Source of the DNA: Thermodesulfobacteriota bacterium | GTDB taxonomy: Bacteria > Desulfobacterota > Binatia > Bin18 | Direction: 5' to 3' | Assembly (NCBI GenBank): GCA_964291405.2 | Contig: OZ219926.1 | Coordinates: 288,001 to 352,000, forward strand | DNA length: 64,000 bases | The notes under the pieces: model-generated | Database searches by the model: none | What the model was told of the DNA's origin: nothing | What the model saw: only the letters and a program-made list of their open reading frames with translations | Shown here: piece by piece, positions 60,380-64,000 of the stretch | Numbering within the stretch: the stretch's first letter is position 1 | Layout: every line of letters starts with the position of its first letter | Program-made: the position numbers and the translations under genes

Positions 60380-63250
60380 ATGAGGAAGGAGACCGACCTC
60401 CGACAGGCGTACGCCACCATTCTTCCGTTGGTTGAACAGCCTTCTCGTTATACAGGCGGCGAACTCGGGACCATCATCAAAGACCCTACGGATATACGCC
60501 TACGCTTCGCACTGGCCTTCCCCGAGGTCTACGAAATCGCGCAGTCCCACTTCGGCTTACAAGTTCTGTATAATTTACTCAACAATCGTCCCGATATTCA
60601 GGCGGAACGCGTCTATGCCCCGTGGCTGGACATGGAAGAGCAGCTCCGCCAGCACCATTTGCCGCTCGTCTCCCTTGAAACCTACCGGCCATTATCCGCC
60701 TTTGAGATCATTGGCTTCAGTCTCCAGTACGAACTGACCTATACCAACGTCCTGGCCATGCTGGACCTTGGCGGGATTCCCTTGCTCTCGCACGACCGCG
60801 GTGCGTCTCATCCACTGGTGATTGCCGGCGGACCCTGCGCATTTCATCCAGAGCCCATCGCCGACTTTATCGATGCCTTCCTCCTCGGAGATGGTGAGGA
60901 GGCGATTTTTGATATCTGTGACGCCTATTTAGCCTGGGATGGAAAAGACCGGGAATCCCTCCTCCAAGCGCTGCGCCACATTCCAGGTGTATACATTCCA
61001 GCCTTTTTTGAGCCGGAATATACCCCGAGCGGCACGCTGAGCGGCACCCGCCCTCGCTATGCGGACTCCACGGTTGTCAAAAAACGAATTGTTGAAGACC
61101 TCAATACCATCCCCCAGCTCACCACCCAGGTCGTGCCGAATGTGAATATCGTACACGACCGCGTTGCTGCGGAAGTCATGCGCGGCTGCGTGCGCGGGTG
61201 TCGCTTTTGCCAGGCGGGATATATCTATCGCCCCCTGCGGGAGCGCGACCCCCGCGCCCTCCAGGAACAGATAGACCAATTAGTCAAAAAGAGCGGCTAT
61301 GAAGAGGTTTCCCTGCTCAGTTTGAGTACCGGCGACTATAGCTGTGTGAACCCGCTCCTGCGGTCTATCATGAATCGTTTTTCAGACCTCAAAGTCTCTG
61401 TCTCTCTGCCCTCGACACGTGTAGACGCCCTCTCCCCCCATATCCTGGAAGAAATCCGCCGGGTACGAAAAACGGGATTCACGCTTGCACCCGAGGCTGG
61501 CTCACAGCGTCTCCGAGATGTGATCCAAAAGGAATATCAGGAAGAAGAACTGATCGAGGCGGCGCGTCTGCTATTTGGTCTGGGATGGAAAAGCGTGAAA
61601 TTATACTTCATGCTCGGACAGCCGACCGAGACAGAAGAAGACCTGCTGGGCATCGTTGACCTGAGCCGGAAGGTCTCTGCGGCCGGTAAGCATCAGCGCC
61701 AAGTCACGGCCAGTGTCTCGACTTTTATCCCCAAACCGCATACGCCGTTTCAATGGGCCGCCCAAGTCGACCTGGAGGAAACCGAAGCGCGGCAGCAGCT
61801 CCTACGGCGGGAACTGCGGCGTTACGGGATTCAATTCAAATGGCACGATGCGCGGCTGTCTTTTCTTGAGGGTGTTTTCGCTCGGGGCGACCGGCGCTTA
61901 GGCGCTCCGCTGTTGACCGCCTATCGGCTCGGCTGTCGGTTTGACGGCTGGACAGAGCAATTCCGGCTCGATCTGTGGCAGCAGGCCTTTCGTGCGCACC
62001 ACATCGAGTCCAATTTGTATCTCCGGCGGCGCCTGCTTGGTGAGCCGCTTCCATGGGACCATTTGGATAGTGGCGTCACCAAGCAATGGCTCCAGCGTGA
62101 TCTGGCAAAAGCACTCGAAGGCACTCTCACCCCCGACTGTAGCGTGGAACGCTGCTCGTATTGTGGAGCATGTGACTTTAAGAGCGTCCGCAATGTTACC
62201 TATCATCTAAGCGGCGCTAAAGGCGCCGACCATAGAGGACCGGAGGTCGATCCTTGGGCGCGAGCAACCCTGCCCGCCCAGGATAGATGGGGCACCCGGC
62301 AATGGCAGATGATGCAAAAGAAGAAGGCAGAGCAACAGCGGGCAAGAATCAAACGCTATAGCGGCATATTGGATGAAGACAAGCTGAAAGCGACCCCCCT
62401 TGGAGCACTGAGTACCGCTCCATCCGAGGCGCCCCAGCCTGCCGCTCAGCCTCCAATTTCGGGCAACGCCGATGAATGGCTTGCCGGTGATCCCAATACC
62501 ATTGCGGCGAGCCAAGGTAAGCCGCAACGGGCCATCATGCGTTTTCGACTGCGGTATAGCAAGCTCGACATGGCTCGCTTTCTGGGCGCGAAAGAAGTTG
62601 CGACACTCTTTGCCCGCTCCTGTCGTCGGGCGTGCCTCCCCCTTGCCTACAGTCAAGGCTTTCATCCCTTACCTCGTATGAGTTTTGGCCCGGCTCTCCC
62701 GGTCGGCATGGAGAGCGAGGAGGAATTCCTTGATATTCTCCTGTATGAAGAAATGTCGGCAAAAGCGATACAGCAGCGCCTGAACGCCGAGCTGCCGAGC
62801 GGCTTTCAGATCCAGCAGGTGCAGCAGATCGACCTGGACAGGCCAAGCATCGATGTGAGTATTGCTACCCAGCGCTATCAGGTTGCCCTCGATACGCTTG
62901 CCTCGAAAAAACGTGACCCGCGCTTCGTACAGGAGCGGTTAGGTCAGTTTCATCAAGCCCAGACCTTCCCCATCCGCAAACGGACCCGTCATCGGGAGCG
63001 CACCCTTGACGCCAAGCAGTTGGTCTCAGCTATCACCCTGGAAACACCGCTCACACTCTCAGTCGACATCGCCATGACAGATGTGGGCACCCTTAAACCC
63101 CATGAATTCATTGGTTCCCTCCTCACCTTGTCCCCGCAAGAGGTGAAAATCTTACGGGTGACAAAAACCGTCACACAATTTCGCTCGGATGCCTTTCCTC
63201 AGAGAAGGCCTCAACCCCCCGAGCAAGAACTGCTTCCGACAACAGGCTAA
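60380..63250 (+). CDS. TIGR03960-family radical SAM protein fused to a TIGR03936 (DUF2344) domain
   Basis: PSRYTGGE, RGCVRGCRFC, APEAGSQRLR, PKPHTPFQW, LPWDH, CxxCGAC; C-terminal YSQGFHPLPRMSFGPALPVG. Confidence 0.92.
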   Translation: MRKETDLRQAYATILPLVEQPSRYTGGELGTIIKDPTDIRLRFALAFPEVYEIAQSHFGLQVLYNLLNNRPDIQAERVYAPWLDMEEQLRQHHLPLVSLETYRPLSAFEIIGFSLQYELTYTNVLAMLDLGGIPLLSHDRGASHPLVIAGGPCAFHPEPIADFIDAFLLGDGEEAIFDICDAYLAWDGKDRESLLQALRHIPGVYIPAFFEPEYTPSGTLSGTRPRYADSTVVKKRIVEDLNTIPQLTTQVVPNVNIVHDRVAAEVMRGCVRGCRFCQAGYIYRPLRERDPRALQEQIDQLVKKSGYEEVSLLSLSTGDYSCVNPLLRSIMNRFSDLKVSVSLPSTRVDALSPHILEEIRRVRKTGFTLAPEAGSQRLRDVIQKEYQEEELIEAARLLFGLGWKSVKLYFMLGQPTETEEDLLGIVDLSRKVSAAGKHQRQVTASVSTFIPKPHTPFQWAAQVDLEETEARQQLLRRELRRYGIQFKWHDARLSFLEGVFARGDRRLGAPLLTAYRLGCRFDGWTEQFRLDLWQQAFRAHHIESNLYLRRRLLGEPLPWDHLDSGVTKQWLQRDLAKALEGTLTPDCSVERCSYCGACDFKSVRNVTYHLSGAKGADHRGPEVDPWARATLPAQDRWGTRQWQMMQKKKAEQQRARIKRYSGILDEDKLKATPLGALSTAPSEAPQPAAQPPISGNADEWLAGDPNTIAASQGKPQRAIMRFRLRYSKLDMARFLGAKEVATLFARSCRRACLPLAYSQGFHPLPRMSFGPALPVGMESEEEFLDILLYEEMSAKAIQQRLNAELPSGFQIQQVQQIDLDRPSIDVSIATQRYQVALDTLASKKRDPRFVQERLGQFHQAQTFPIRKRTRHRERTLDAKQLVSAITLETPLTLSVDIAMTDVGTLKPHEFIGSLLTLSPQEVKILRVTKTVTQFRSDAFPQRRPQPPEQELLPTTG

Positions 63251-63255
63251 TACTC

Positions 63256-64000
63256 GTGCGTCACAGAATCGTTATTAATTCGACCCACCAAGAGGCCCGT
63301 GTGGCCCTCCTCGAAAACGAAACGCTCGTAGAGATTCACATTGAGCGCGCTCAGCAGCGCAATGTTGCGGGCAACATCTATCTTGGACGCGTCAATCGTG
63401 TCCTCCCAGGGATACAGGCGGCGTTCGTTGATATCGGACTCGAAAAAGCCGGCTTCATCCATGCTTCGGATGTGTTTGGCGGCCCGTTGCCCCCCGGTAT
63501 GATCGATGACGTCGACGACCAGGACCCAGACACAGACGATCTGCTGAGCGCATTTGACTTGGCCGACCCTGAGAGCGAGCCTGACGAGGAAGAGGAACCG
63601 CCCTCGAATGTCGAGCCCAAACCCACACGTGGGCGTCGCCGTTCCCGTTCCGAGCCGCGGATTCCACTCGAACAAAAGCTGAAAGAAAATCAGGAAATTC
63701 TTGTCCAGGTCGCCAAAGAGCCGATCGGGACGAAAGGTCCCCGACTCACCGCGCATCTCTCTCTGCCCGGACGACAGCTGGTGTACACACCGACCATCGA
63801 ACATATTGGTGTGTCCCGGCGCATTGCGGATGGCAAAGAGCGGAGCCGGCTCAGAGAAGCGGTCACCAGCCTGCGGCCGGCTGAGGGCGGTTTTATTGTC
63901 CGCACCGCCTGCGAGGGTCTGACCAAAAAAGAAATTCACGACGACATGAAATTCTTGCTCAAGCTCTGGGGCAGGATCACCAAAAAACGTGAGCAGCACG
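63256..64000 (+). CDS. rng: Rne/Rng family ribonuclease (RNase G), 5' part, truncated by the window end
   Basis: GTG start, then RIVIN...EARVALLEN..LVEIHIER...GNIYLGRV.RVLPG.QAAFVDIGLEKAGFIH and VQVAKEPIGTKGPRLT; absent from the ORF track because it has no stop. Confidence 0.93.
   Translation, partial: MRHRIVINSTHQEARVALLENETLVEIHIERAQQRNVAGNIYLGRVNRVLPGIQAAFVDIGLEKAGFIHASDVFGGPLPPGMIDDVDDQDPDTDDLLSAFDLADPESEPDEEEEPPSNVEPKPTRGRRRSRSEPRIPLEQKLKENQEILVQVAKEPIGTKGPRLTAHLSLPGRQLVYTPTIEHIGVSRRIADGKERSRLREAVTSLRPAEGGFIVRTACEGLTKKEIHDDMKFLLKLWGRITKKREQH

Noticed and set aside
63247-63999. 250-aa minus-strand ORF
   Set aside because: Antisense shadow of the RNase G gene on the plus strand.

Overview
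Gene-dense bacterial chromosomal window of moderately high GC. Gene content and synteny suggest a Gram-negative deltaproteobacteria-like lineage such as Ca. Binatia; this is inference. Housekeeping blocks: guaB-guaA-dnaE-hflX-pgsA; smc-ftsY-zapB-zapA-(structured RNA)-rny-tyrS-era; TIGR03960 radical SAM-rng; a three-gene acyl-CoA carboxylase followed by a two-domain thyX. Accessory genes: frmA, a group D flavin monooxygenase, a family III CoA transferase, a FadF-like Fe-S oxidoreductase, a TtpC-type TonB2 operon, a thiolase-like aldolase/DUF35/ACAD module and AtoE. No CRISPR array, tRNA, rRNA or transposase was seen. Main signals missed by the ORF track: (1) the guaB leader carries NrdR-box-like sites in its promoter plus a 6-codon uORF and an intrinsic terminator, i.e. 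an apparent attenuator; (2) a second NrdR box pair lies upstream of smc; (3) a UxxC selenoprotein of the ArsC family with a SECIS-like hairpin follows a zinc-ribbon gene and a stand-alone LeuA regulatory domain; (4) a MesD-like core methionine synthase lacks adjacent MesX and is coupled to a gentisate-dioxygenase-like cupin, followed by small genes, a CcmS-like protein and an AT-rich delta carbonic anhydrase bounded by 9-bp inverted repeats; (5) a 181-nt 6S-RNA-like fold lies between zapA and rny; (6) four single-base frameshifts are probably sequencing indels. All family assignments come from motif recognition by eye, not from database searches.
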